Source of the DNA: Camelus dromedarius
Lineage: Eukaryota
DNA length: 64,000 nucleotides
Direction: 5' to 3'
NCBI RefSeq assembly: GCF_036321535.1
Contig: NC_087464.1
Span: 12,028,001 to 12,092,000 of the forward strand
Position 1 is the first letter of the stretch. Every line of letters starts with the position of its first letter. Below the pieces are notes generated by a model. The model saw only the letters and a program-made list of their open reading frames with translations. It was not told the origin of the DNA and did not search any database. Below are positions 36,931 through 49,335 of the stretch, piece by piece. Position numbers and translations under genes: made by a program.

Positions 36931-39451
36931 TACAACACAGCTGTGGTCTCCTGAATAGCTTGTAATTGATTAATAAGATCACCGCAAAGAGCAAGAGGAA
37001 CCTGGCTGGCTTCTCTCTCCTCTGCTCTCTGCTTCTCTACCAACTACACTCCTTGCTGAACAGCATGGAGAGAATGCCATGATCCTAAGCTCATCCCAGG
37101 TCAGGTAAATGTCACCATGATAAGCACGGCTACAACAGTATTCCACTTCCTATTATGCGACCTACGTTATCATCCCAGGAGCAGAGGCTCCCTTCTTCGG
37201 ACTCACTTGAGGAGAGTCCCTATGAGTGGCCAGGAAGAGTAGAAACTTGGTGAACAGTCCCATCCCTCACAGGGAAATCCTTGTAACCAGACTCACGGAG
37301 CAACGTCCCTCAAGTACAGCTTCTGGGAAATAGAGCTGGCTTTGTAATGGAGAGGCTATCCTTGCACTGAGAGTTATTGAGATGGGATTTCACTCGGAGA
37401 GTGATAAGGAACCCTTGTGGTAGTTGACTGGGGGATGCTGTCTGTAAATACTTAGACTTGAATCTCACGGGCCAGCTACTTTTACAGTGATCTGTGTGCA
37501 CTCACTACCCTTTGCAGCTGTCTCTGAAAACTGTTCCTGGAATCTGGAAAGAGGAAGAGTGAATGGGTTGGAAGTGTCATATCTGTAAATACCAGGTAAA
37601 CTTCCACCTGGATACTAGCTTGGCTAGGCCATCCTGACCCCTCCCCTCTCCCTGACTCCCCTGTTTCAGCAAATTATTTTTTCTTGCCTTGATTTTCCCA
37701 AGAAACTGGAAGGTCCTATAGTAATCATTTCTTTAAGTCAAGCCACTGAATGGGTTAAAATACCCAAAGTATGAGAAATGTTTCTGTTGAATGCTACACA
37801 AATGATATGTTTATGAAGCACCAAAAAGGCATTGGCTAGTAGGAAGCCTATGTGGGGTGGCGGATCTTTACCTTCTGATCCCATCACTTTCAAATGAACT
37901 TTTGCATACTGTGTCACATTGTAGCTTTTCGGGAGGCAAGGAATGTTGCTTTAAAATACAAGTAGCAGGGTACTGCCTTTGAGTCAACTATTTAAAGTCT
38001 TCGTTTTTCTCAAACTAAGGGCTTGCTGTTCCCAAATATGCAAGAATAACTTTTACACTGTTTCCCTGCAACACTGCTTGATTGGCTTTGCAGAAATGAA
38101 GTTTAAAAAAAAAAAAGGGAGTGGCAGCAAATTAAAAGTCATCACCACCCATTAATATTTTAGCTCAAATTAATAGAGTATATTAACTATTCAGGCACCT
38201 AATTAGACCCTGGGAAGGGAGTATGAACGAAAGAAAGAGGAGCAGAGGGCTCTGCAGAGCCCTGAAGGAGTCCAGGGGAGTCACACCGGCAATGGGGCAG
38301 CCACTTCTCACCCTTGACCCTGGCTACAGCACGCTTCTCCCTCTAGGGCCAACCTCAAGAGTGGGGACCCCACCCAGAGCTGAAATTCATGGAGACCCCA
38401 AAACTACGGCTACCATTTACACATCTAACTCAACTCCCCCCACCCATCCCCCCAGATATGTAGAGTTTTCACCTGAACTACTTCTTGGGAGTCATGAAGA
38501 CCCCTCCTGGCAATCCTTTCACACGGGTACCACCATCTCCATTCTACATGTGAGGAAACTGAGGCTCAAAAGAGGCCAAATTGCCCAACATGGTTTGCTT
38601 GGCAGAGAGAACATTTTAATTAATTCAGTCACCTCCCCTGGGCCAAGGCCTCCCTCCAGCACTTCGGGCAGTTCCGGATGGATTTGTAAACAGGCACCAC
38701 CTCTGATTCTTACTGTATCCCCTTAGTTCTGAGATGCCAGGATTCGAGGATCAAATTTATCTTCACTCCCTGCACACCCTTCATCATTGGAGAGAGCATA
38801 ATCGTAAATCTCAATTTCCATCTTTCTGCCTGGAAGAACCTAGGCCTTTTAGTCAATCCAAAGCTTTTTTTTTTTTTTTTTAAATTCAATAATAAATAAT
38901 AATTTTCTTACCCAAAACTCTGACCTAGTGCCTAACACCCTTGAACTCTCTCCGAAAGTAGTTTAGAATGTTAAGAAACTACAGAGTGATAGCGGCCTTC
39001 CTTTTTCACCTTCTCCGAATCGGGAGCTGCGGACAGCTCTAGGTGGGGTGGGTGTATAAAGAGGCAGAACATTGTAGTTGGAACAGACTAATAGGTTGTT
39101 GTACTTCTGCACCTCCAACAGCCGAGAGAACGTGCCTTCTTTTCTGAAATTTACGCAAAATTTGAATGTTCTCAGAAATGCAACTTTTCACCCTTCAAAA
39201 TCGCAAGAGCATAGGTAATAGCAAAAGGTAGAAAATAAAATTAGGAAGTGATGTGTTCTGAGTATGAATTGCCTTTATTTTTAACCTAATTTACTTAATG
39301 TAAGTTTGTATCCTTTAACTTTTAATCATGGTCCTGCTTAACAATCAGCTGTTTCCAGCAACACCAGTAATCAGTGGCAAGGGAGTTGTCACAGTCACAT
39401 CGACCTGGTGAGCATGCTCGGTGAAACATCATTTCTAAAGTAAACTCCAGA

Positions 39452-39579
39452 GGGGAGGGTATAGCTCAAGTGGTAGAGCACATGCTTAGCATGCATGAGG
39501 TCCTGGGTTCAATCCCCTGTACCTCCTCTAAAAATAAATGAACATAATTACATACCCCCCCAATTAGATAATACAATAA
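39452..39579 (+). mobile_element. tRNA-Ala(AGC)-derived camelid SINE (vic-1 type)
   Basis: Same head as 20831 copy; perfect 16-bp TSD TAAAGTAAACTCCAGA at 39436-39451 and 39580-39595. Confidence 0.93.
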
Positions 39580-39828
39580 TAAAGTAAACTCCAGATGGAA
39601 GTGTTCATTGAAATGTCGACCTGCTGGGATCTTTAGCACAAAACACTGGTTAAAGGAGAGTGCCCTTTGGCCCCAAGTGGGTTTCTTGTAAACTGTCCCT
39701 TTGGGAGTCCTTCTCCTCAAATGTATTCCTCGTGGTTGTACATCTTCTCGTCCCAGTTCCTACAGTCAGGTGTGACAAAGCAAGCTGGGAAGGTTCCAGA
39801 AGGATCAAGAAACCAGTGGTCTTATGAG

Positions 39829-40262
39829 AGTATTAGTTTGGATTAAGCTTAGCTGCAAGTAACAGTAAACCCCAAGTTTATTTCCCTCTCATGTGCGAGT
39901 CACCAAGCAGGTAGCCATGGCTGGTTTGGCCATGGGATCCCTGAGGTCCTCAGAGACTCAGGTCCTTCCAGCTTGCCTCTCTTCCATCCCTCCAGTGAGG
40001 CCCTTTCCTTGTGGCCCATCACATCCAGGCTCCAAGCGATAGAATGGAGGAAGAGATAAAGACAAAAAGACAGTTTTTGAAACTGGCCACACGGTGCTTC
40101 TGCTTCTGTCCCTTTGGCCTGGAAACTGTCATGTGGCCACACTTAGCTGTAAGGGAAGCGTGCAACGAATCTTTATTCTGGCCTTCTATGCACTCAGCTG
40201 AGAAGTCTATCATGGAAGAAGGGGAGTAGGAGCATGGGGGACAACTGGCAGGCTCTGCCACA
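39829..40262 (-). mobile_element. Old MaLR LTR (MLT1K/L-like)
   Basis: gcttagctgcaagtaacag...catgtggccacacttagctgtaaggg...tctgccaca. Confidence 0.7.
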
Positions 40263-40529
40263 ATGGGGATGGAAGAGATCGCTGTAGGTTTTTTTCTCTC
40301 CCACCTCCAGTTCCGCATATGAGTCCTCATTAGACCTGCCTTCGGACGATTGTCTAAAGCAAGGACTTGCCAAAAGCCACTAACTAGAAATGACAGAGTC
40401 TGCGGGCAACAGAGCTGTTTCTGTGGCTGAGTTTCATGTTGTTGCATCTTTCTGATGCTTAGCATCCTGTTACCGTACTTTCCTACATTTATTTCATTGT
40501 TATCACCCTAGGGAGACGGTTTAGTGGTT

Positions 40530-41073
40530 TGTGTCACGCAGGTATTTTGATTTTAATGCTTTGACATCTGGGACCTTGCTGGCCCTGGAGAGACTGCCCC
40601 GCCCAGGGTAGTCAGTTCCTAGAGATGGTAAAGGGTTTGTCTGGAATTGTGCCTTTCATGTGCAAACCAGCGAGTCAAGAGTCCCCACCCCAACCACTGC
40701 TCTATGGGGCTCTCGCATTCTGAGCCACTATCCCCCTGCCATAAACACCCTAAGGCCGGGTACCAGACACTCAGAAGCAGCCCCTATGCCCCTATGCCTC
40801 AGAGCCCATTGAAATTATGCAAACCAGCCAATCCTGAGCCTGTTTACCTTGCCTCACCTGTTCATGGAAACCATAATAAAGGCTCTTGCCCACAATTTCC
40901 TTCTACTTCCTCTGCCTCCTGACTGACCCCAGTGCTTCCCCTGGTGGCCCCGTGTGGCCCAGGTGCCCCCTCTTCTTGGAACTGTAAGTAACAAACTATC
41001 TTCTCAGTGGATCTCCTGATCTGTTGGCCTCATCATAGCTGAATAATAATAATAAAACCTTCATTTAAAAACA
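40530..41073 (+). mobile_element. MER74-like ERV-L solo LTR
   Basis: gacatctgggaccttgctggccctggag...cataataaaggctcttgcccac...ctcctgatctgttggcctc...taaaaaca. Confidence 0.85.
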
Positions 41074-41083
41074 TGGTTTAGAG

Positions 41084-41442
41084 CAATGCTTCTCAAATTA
41101 CTTGTGGTGTATTTGATTTTTATTTGATTTTTGATTTTATTGATTTTATTTGATTTCAATTTTATTTTTTTAACTTCTCAGTGATTGCAGCCCAATATGT
41201 GTCCTTCTGCATGACTAGAGTGCAGATCACCCCTCGGGCTGCTCCCTGTGCCTGCTAGGCACCCCCAAGCCCACTTCATTGAGGGGAGCCACTGATCACA
41301 CACATTGATGTGGCAAATGTGAAACTGCTATGAAAGTTGCTAAAATGCCTGTCTTGACTTCCTGTGCTTGTCTCAGCAGGGACCAGTGACACACAGGTCA
41401 CACACCAACACTGGTCCATGGACCACACTTTGCATAGTTCTG
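41084..41442. mobile_element. hAT-Charlie MITE (Charlie18a-like)
   Basis: TIRs caatgcttctcaaa / tttgcatagttctg; 8-bp TSD gtttagag (41076-41083) / gtttggag (41443-41450). Confidence 0.75.
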
Positions 41443-42510
41443 GTTTGGAGTAGATTTTGAGATCATGCAAATCACTTTCCAGAACTTAGAACTGTGTGAT
41501 CTTGATCCAAGTCTCAGTCTCCTAAATATTGAATGAAGAAAATAACAATGCTTAACTCACGAATTTCAGTAAGAATGAACCAAGGTAATGTACCTGGAGT
41601 GCATGGCATCCTAGCATGAAGTCAGGGCTCATTACGTTACTGTAATTTATTATTTAGCATAATGCAAAAACAGAAAGGACATATATAAAATGCGAGCAGT
41701 GGTTATCTCCGGACGGTGAAACTTGAATTGATCTTTATTTTCCTGTATACTTTTCTCTGCTTTATAAATTTTCTACAATGATCATAAATGACTAATCAAG
41801 AAAAAATGTCGTTAAAATTTGTTGTACCTGTTTTCTTGGCATTGAATTTTTTTTTCTGCCAGAGTTTAATATTCTTTCTAAATAACCCAGTATAAACACA
41901 TATATTAAGTAAAGAAAAGTGGTTTTGCAAACAATTTCCAATCATTCTTTGATGTTTTGTAAGCATCTACCTAATATTCATTCACCTTGCAATTTCTGAT
42001 GAAGGAAAGCACAGCTTACAAAACCTTGCCCCACTGGTGTCCCGAGCCCTGGAGATGCTTCTCTCCCACATCCTTCTCACCTGCTGTCACCAATCATGAC
42101 CTAACCTGGCCATGCTGGTTGTTTCTGCATCACAGCCCAGCCCCAGCTTCTGGAGCACGGGGGTGATTCAGAGGAACTCCTGCAGGGAGTGGAGGCAGCA
42201 GCTTAACGCCCATGTGGTGCCCCAAATCTCGCAAATCTCAGGGGCTGAGGGGGCGGCTTCCCCTCTCTGCCTCACCATTGCTCAAACTCTGCTGAAGATC
42301 TTTCACACTGACAAAGAGACTGAGTATCTGTTCAAATGGGGGGAATGGAGGGTGAAAGAAACACGAAGATCATTAAGATATCCTTTCTTTTCAAATCTTC
42401 ACAAATAAAATTCTTAGCCAGGTCTTCAAATCATCCCAACAGTGCAGAGCTCTCTTTGAGAATAATCTTCACCTTGAATGCAGCTATGTGACCACGATAT
42501 ATTCTGGAAT

Positions 42511-42514
<4 letters not shown>

Positions 42515-42543
<29 letters not shown>
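42515..42543. repeat. Poly-T tract (29 nt)
   Basis: Homopolymer. Confidence 0.95.
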
Positions 42544-42546
<3 letters not shown>

Positions 42547-44702
42547 AGGAGGAAATTTAATGAGATAAAAAAGAAGGCAGTAATTTAAGTTTCCTCAGAT
42601 AACATTTTTTAAAAGAAATTTATTAAATCCAAATCAAACTCTTCCAAACTCTAAAAGGACATCATTACAACTCAACATTTATTATACTGAACATTTTTAA
42701 GGAAGACTGCCTTTACCACCTAGTAGAGTTTCATGATTTTATGTTCCAAATAGTCTTCACAGTATATTGGAATCCCACGTATAATTGAAGCTTAGAGTAA
42801 ATGTTTTCCAACAGGGAGATGCTTTTGACAATTCTGGATGATTATGGAGATTTGTAGCTGCGTACCTGTCTTCACATCGGCATAATATTAGTAATAGCTA
42901 TGATTTATTTGTTTCCAAGTCCTTGGTCAGTAACAGAACCCCAGTTGCAGCCTCGATTCAACGGAGAAAATACAGTCCATTTTGCAGGTTTCTGGAAATT
43001 CTCCGAGATGACAGGTGAATATGGGGTTACTCTTTTGATCTCAAAACTGTTTAGCAATTTTTCCTGAGTGGCCCTGGGAGCAGCCGTGGCCTCCAGTCAT
43101 CTGACATCCCTGGGAGGCAAACTGGGCAGTTAACAGCCACGCCTGTGAGCATTTAAGTTATTCACAGACTGAGTCAGAGAAATGTCAGCGTGATTCTCCC
43201 AATATAGCAGTACCTGGGTCCGGCAGAGATTAGGAAGCCAGCTTACTCTTTGAGTTTTCTTCCAAAAGGATAAAGCTGGGGTCTCAGATCCCAAGGGCCC
43301 CATCACAGATTATTTTACCTCTATCAGATCCTTGGCCAAACTCTGTCACATTCACCAATTTGGTGGATCGTGTGGATTCTCGAGCGTTCAGGGAAGGTCA
43401 GACGGGAAGGGAGAACCAGTGACATCTGGAGAACTCAGAGGAATTTCTTTACAATGGCCCCTGTTTTCCCTCTTCCTCTGTGTGAAGCATCCCCATTTGG
43501 ACCATTTGGGATGAGTTCTGTAACTCTTGTAGTTTTTAAGGTATAAGTGAGTTCCCCTGGCTTTTTAGAAGCCCCTCGCCCCCACAACACACACTCACAC
43601 ACATTCCCAGCACTGTAATCATCCTACTTTTCCACCTGGATCACTAATTTCCTGGCTTTTCTGTATTTTAGAGTTCTTTTCCACCCTCTGTAGTTGAGTT
43701 CACTTCAAAGGATATGATTCCCTTGTGGTTCCAGTCCTAGCAAAGGGGACACTTCTCCCCACTGCCCTTTGGTGTGCCAGCTGCTTGAGGGGACAGATGC
43801 CCCAGGCACCGACCCAGGCTGGCCTCTGGCAGAGGTGTGCTCGATGAACGGAGAAAACAAAAGCAAAACTGCGTTCATTTCAAGCTCCATTAGGGGCATG
43901 TGTTGGGCGAGGAAATCAGTGGGAAAGATGAAGCTGGGCAGGAAAAGAACTTCTCCCCTCTGTTTCTTGAAAGAAATTGAGCACAGATAACAACGAAGCA
44001 GAAATCACTAAGCAGCACCTATTTGAAAAAATAGAGAAATTTAAAAATCACACCCCAACAAACATTTTTGATTGTTATTTCCAAAGCTTAGCTTGAAAAA
44101 AAAAAAGACAAATGCTGAAAAGATTTACAGCCACTTTGTTTACAGTTCTTTGTTCATCTTTTCATTCATGTGGCAAAAATTACAGCTGGGACCCAGGTCG
44201 ACAGTGGCAGCTAGTGACAGTGAAAGGGAGATGCTTTGTAGGAAGCAGGAATTATTATTCCAGGGTTGCTGTAGCCATTTGAAAGGATAAACTCTTAAGT
44301 ATCAATAATATTGATGAATCATCATAATTTGCCAGATAATAGAAAACCATTTTACAGTTTTGCTTTCAGAAGCCAGTGAAGAGAGGGCTTCCATGAGAAG
44401 TGGTTAACTACTCAAAAGTCATCCTCAGCCATTGACAAATACAATAGCAAAGATTTTTTTTATGAAGACATGGATGGGAATACAGTTTTGATGTTTGTAA
44501 ACTAGTCCCCGCAGAATCAATCCTTACTCTGCATTCCTACAACTTGTGATTTTATAATCGTTTCAGAAAAGGAGGATTTTTTTTTTTTTGATCTATCAGT
44601 CATTTGATTTCTTTTATGCAGTCAGTCCTGGATCTTTTCATTTCCATTCAGTTGATAAGCTTTTCTGTACTGCTTTTGTTGTCCTGCTGTAATAGCTGAG
44701 GG

Positions 44703-44721
44703 GAGCCACCAGGTGGCACTG
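44703..44721. promoter_or_regulatory. Candidate CTCF motif (palindromic core)
   Basis: GAGCCACCAGGTGGCACTG; motif match only. Confidence 0.5.
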
Positions 44722-45256
44722 CTCAAGATGGGGTGGGGAACCCAAAATGAGGTGATAACTGCTGGGGATGAGCCAGTGGCAGGTGAATACGGGGACAGGG
44801 AGGGTCAAGGGAGAAACTGAGAGAATGGGAACAGGGTGAGAAGGCAATTGCCTGGATGGCAAGAATCTTACATTTTGTTATTGACCTGCGTTAGAAGCCA
44901 GTTTCAAGCACAATGTCACTGGAGTTGAGACGAAAAGTAGACATATCTCTGGAAATCAGTATCTAAGACAAACAAATCAAGGGGAGGTGGACATGGATCA
45001 CCAAAAACTAGTTGGAAAAATCCAAGTTATCCCTGCAGAGGGGTCTTTTTCTTAATGCCCCTTCTAGTCTTGGCGAAGAAATTAAATTTGAGCAGTTCTT
45101 CAAATAATCAGTAACAAAAAACAGTAATAGAATGACACCTTGCACCATCAGTGAAAATCAGTAATAAAGCGACACCTTGATTTATTACTATCCCTGATTT
45201 GGGCACGATCAGAATAGATGTGAATTTCTAGCTGTTTAAATCAAAAAGTTAAAAAT

Positions 45257-45370
45257 ACGAATATGAAAAGGAATATATATATATATGTGTATCTATAACT
45301 GAATCACTATGCTGTACACCAGAAATAACACAACATTGTAAATCGACTACACTTTAATGAAAAATATAAA
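45257..45370 (+). mobile_element. Very short L1 3' terminus
   Basis: aaaaggaatatatat...aactgaatcactatgctgtacaccagaaa...ttgtaaatcgactac. Confidence 0.8.
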
Positions 45371-46499
45371 ATGTCCCCTCTTTCCTCAGATATCCTGACA
45401 TGTAATTAGACCAAAAATCAGAGTCTTTCTCTTGACGTCCCTTCCCCTCCCCCAAAGAAAGGGACATAAAATAATACATCCACTTCCTTGAAGGAGGAGG
45501 GGGAGGGTGATATGAACACGGCACTGTGTCCTCACAGCGCGCACACCTGCCAGGAGGGACTATTGAGTATCTTCCCCTTATGTGCCCAGCACTGTGCCCA
45601 GCGCTCTGATTTTTTAAGAAATAGAAGCCAGAGCTTTTCCCTCAGAGTCTTTGCAAAAGATCCCTGATTCAGTTATGGGGGCCCCGCTTGTCACATGTTG
45701 AACAGATACAGCTGCACCCAGCCCCTCATTAACTTCATGGACTCCTGTAGTCAGTCCCCCAGGGATGTGGAGTGAAGCTGCTGAGACTCATGGCAAGTGT
45801 GGGTGTATTTATAAATGCAGCTCCCATGACTCCCAGGTTCTGAAAACGAGAGAGCTCCTTTCCTATTGGAGGTAAGGAGAAAGGGAACACTGTGCCCAGA
45901 ACAGCTGTCATTATTTGTTCATTCGTTTCTGCTTTGCATGACATGTAGTTTTTGCTTCCCCACAAGAAAACACTTACCAATTTTTGCGCCCTTTGTCCAT
46001 CTTGGAGTTCCTGCTGGCCCGTTTTGTATGACTTTTTCGTTGTAAAGACTTTAGGGTCCCCTGGGTGAGGCAGTTGGCTTTGCTTAGGGAATGCCTTCTT
46101 CCATGCTCAGAGACAATGACTATTTTCCATGAAGTGTCTCTCAAGTATAATCATGGGCCATAAACTCATAGCCCAAGTTTAACCTGAGTCACAAAAATAT
46201 GTTCTTGGGCCAGCAAAGTGTTTAAAAATGTTTTTGAGTTTAGAGTCTTTAGTGGGCCACAGACTTTTCAGCTCTCAGCAGGGTCCACCACTCCCTGTTG
46301 TTTTATGTCTCGTTTGATTCACACACTTTGATCTGTGCCTGGCTCCAGGGGCATCTAAGAACTGGATTCACATGAAACTCACATCATTGTTTGAAGAAGA
46401 ATCCAGAATGTGTGTACTTTGTTGAGGATGGGTCAGCACCTTCTCATATAACAGATTTTAAATAAATGGGGCTGATCCCATATACTGCCCACAGGAGGG

Positions 46500-46990
46500 T
46501 GATATGGAATAACTTCTCTGGAGGGCAATTTAGCAATGTAACAGAAGCCCTGTTATATGGGACACCTGTTCTCTAGGATGAATTGATGGTTAGTGAGAAC
46601 GAAAGTGTGCAGACCCACTGGAAGGAGGCCTGCCCCCACCCCCCTACACAGCCAGCATGCCTTGAGAGCAGTAATATGATTTACAGAGAGGAATGGGGGC
46701 CTTTTGTTAACCTAAGTCCATCAAATGGAGATCAGTTAAAAACATCTCATAATATAACAAAAGTCTTTAAAAAGTGTATATCTTCAATCCAACAATTCCA
46801 CCCAGCTCTAGAAATTTTTTTCTAAGCAAATATATAAGTGAGTGTAGAAATGTTTAGTTATAAGGATATTTATAGTAACGTCAGTCATAGAAATGAAAAA
46901 TCGAAAACAACCTACTGTCTGGCAATAGGGTTTTGAGAATAAACCATGTGATTGCTGTTTGGTGGAATACTATGCAGTCATGTACAGTCA
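46500..46990 (+). mobile_element. Old L1ME-like fragment
   Basis: ctggagggcaatttagcaat; ccaacaattccac..ctagaaatt; ggaatactatgcagtcat. Confidence 0.6.
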
Positions 46991-47095
46991 TAAATAGGTG
47001 ACGTTTATGTATGTGGAAGTTAGGTTGCATTTTATTATGTTATTAAACAATATGACCCCACTTTTGCAAGCATAAACATGTACATATTTGCATGG

Positions 47096-47641
47096 TGTGA
47101 TGGGCATCCTCCAAGATGGTACCCACTGACATCTGCCTCCTGGTATCCACAACCTTGTACAATCCTCTTCCAGCAAGTAACTTGCTTCTTACCAATAGAA
47201 TACAGCAAGTTTAAGGGGATATCAATTCCATAATTGGGTTAGAAAATATTGTGACTTCAGTCTTGCTATCAGGTTCTCTCTATTGACTTCTTGGCTTGCT
47301 CATTTTGGTGAAGTCAACCACCATGTTGGAAAGGCCCATTTGGCAAGGAACTGAGAGCAGCATCTCGCTAACATCCACTAGAGAACTGGGGCCCTCCATC
47401 CAATAGCCCACGGGGAACTGGACCTTGCCAACAACATTGAGTGAGTTTCCCCAATTGAGCCTTCAGATGAGGTGCTAGTCCTGGACAACATCTTATTTGC
47501 AGCCTGTGGGAACCTCTAAGAAAGAGAATCCAACTAAGCCTTGTCCAGAATCCTGACCCACAGAAACTATGAGATAATAAATGTGTACTGTTTTAAGCTA
47601 CTAGGTCTGTGGTAATTTGGTCCCTAATAGAAAACTAAGAC
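47096..47641 (+). mobile_element. MLT1E/F-like MaLR solo LTR
   Basis: aagatggtacccactgacatctgcctcctggtat...cctgacccacagaaactatgagataataaatgtgtactgttttaagc. Confidence 0.8.
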
Positions 47642-47966
47642 TGAGGGTAAGAGGTCTAGAGATACATACTGAAAAATATTGGATGTCAGTATGTCTGGAT
47701 GGCATGAATGTAGCATTCTTAAATTGCTTGGGGGCTGCAAATCATTTAGATGTGGCACTGGCAAGCTTTTATATTTTATATTGATGAAAAATTTGGGATG
47801 TTGACACTGTCATTGAATAAACAGAAGGGTGACTTAACAGTTTACAATTCATTTGGCTGATTTCACATACTTACGACAGAGCTATCATGCCTCTGAGACA
47901 AGCTCTCTATTTATGGTGGGGATGGTGATTTGGGGTGACTTTAATGCACATGTTTTTCTCCCTCTT

Positions 47967-48379
47967 TGTTGTAGTGTTTGTTCTCTGGAGGCAAGTACTA
48001 AAACAGAGTTTAGATTACAAGATATTTGTGAGGGATCAACACCTGAGAAAGGAAGGGGAGGAGTGGGACTGGGTAGAAGGAGATGGTGAACCACAGTGCA
48101 AGCCTGATGAAGCCTCCTCCCACCCAGAGGGGAACTCTGGAGCAAATATGGTCCATCAGATGTGTCTTTAATGGGGCTAAAATGGCTCAACCTCCATAGC
48201 CTTGCTTGCTCAGACAGTGGATGCAGGCTGTCCCAGGAAAGGAGTGACCTCTGACTGGAAGTGACCGACCTGGAAGGAGCTAACAGCAGGAGGCTGTCTG
48301 ATGACTGCACCTCCCACACTGGACAGCATGTCTTCCTTGAATGGGCTCTTGAAAAACTCATTCCTGTCCTGACCACCAT
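47967..48379 (-). mobile_element. LTR16-like LTR (outer 3' copy)
   Basis: Minus strand cccattcaaggaagacatgctg...ctcaggtgttgatccc...ctacaaca. Confidence 0.8.
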
Positions 48380-48380
48380 G

Positions 48381-48711
48381 GAAAAGAGGGAAAGCAAGTA
48401 AGACTGGGCCGAGTGGAGAGCTGAACTGCTACAAGGACCTAACCAATGCTTGGCCAACTGCACAGGGAACTCTTGGCCATATTTGCCCCATCAGAGCTTT
48501 CCCCCACTGAGTGGAAAAGGCCAGATTTATAGACTTCCCGCAGTAGGTAATTGGATGTGATAGCCTAGGAGAGGCATGCCCTTGGGTGAGGTCACTCTGC
48601 AGCCAGGGAGAACCCTGAAGGAGCTGATGGTTGGAAGTTGTCCACTGCCCACAGCTGCAGCAACAAGACCTTTCTTCCATAGGGATCTTGGTGGACATCT
48701 CTGTGTCTACA
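48381..48711 (-). mobile_element. LTR16-like LTR (inner 3' copy, PPT-adjacent, 3'-truncated)
   Basis: Minus strand atggtggac|TGTAG start; cagctccttcagggtt...ctctgatggggc; stops at ctcttttcc. Confidence 0.75.
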
Positions 48712-48965
48712 GTCCACCATTTACATGACTCAGATCCACTTCTTAATATAGGTTCTCAAACCAGATGACTCACACCACCCATGAGCTATAATACATTCTA
48801 ACCATGGGCCACTTCTCCTTCTGCACAAAGTGAATGATGAGGTGCATGGCATGAAGTAGCACCCATTGGAAGGGTTTTCCTCACCTCTTTCTTCCAAGGC
48901 CACCCCTGAGCGAGGCTCCTGTGCATGGCAATGGCCATCCATTTTCAGCTTGTACTCACATACCA

Positions 48966-49335
48966 AGGTGACTGTCTCAACTACTATAACAGAACACCAC
49001 AGACGGGGTGGCTTAAACAACAAATATTTGTTTCTCACAGCTGTGGAGGCTGGAAGTCCCAGATCAAGGTGCTGCTGGATTCAGTTCCTGGTTAGGGCCC
49101 TCTTCCTGGCTTGTAGATGGCTGCCTTCTCTCTGTGTCTTCACATGACAGGGAGGAAGCTCTGGGGTCTCTTCCCCATCTCATAAGGGCACTAATCCCAT
49201 CATGGGGGCTCCACCCTCATGACCTCGTCTAAATCTATTCACCTCCCAAACGTCCCCTCCTCCTGCTACCATCACCTTGAAGGTTGGCACTTCAACATAT
49301 GAATTTTGGGGGAACAAACATATTCAGTGCATAAT
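48966..49335 (-). mobile_element. MLT1A0-like MaLR LTR inserted in the ERV-L RNase H
   Basis: ggcttaaacaacaaatatttgtttctcacagctgtggaggctggaagtcccagatcaaggtg; removing it rejoins DGSA|WYV. Confidence 0.85.

Noticed and set aside
20831-39579. Calling the two tRNA-like sequences genuine tRNA-Ala genes
   Set aside because: They have an extra 5' GGGGA head, A-rich tails, TSDs and stem mismatches, all of which mark them as SINE retrocopies.
5029-41073. The two same-orientation MER74 LTRs as the ends of a single provirus or a recombination substrate around the promoter
   Set aside because: They are 35 kb apart and visibly diverged, with no PBS or internal retroviral sequence next to either. They are independent solo LTRs.
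42515-42543. 29-nt poly-T as an orphan retrotransposon tail
   Set aside because: There is no flanking TSD or adjoining element body, so it is treated as a simple homopolymer.
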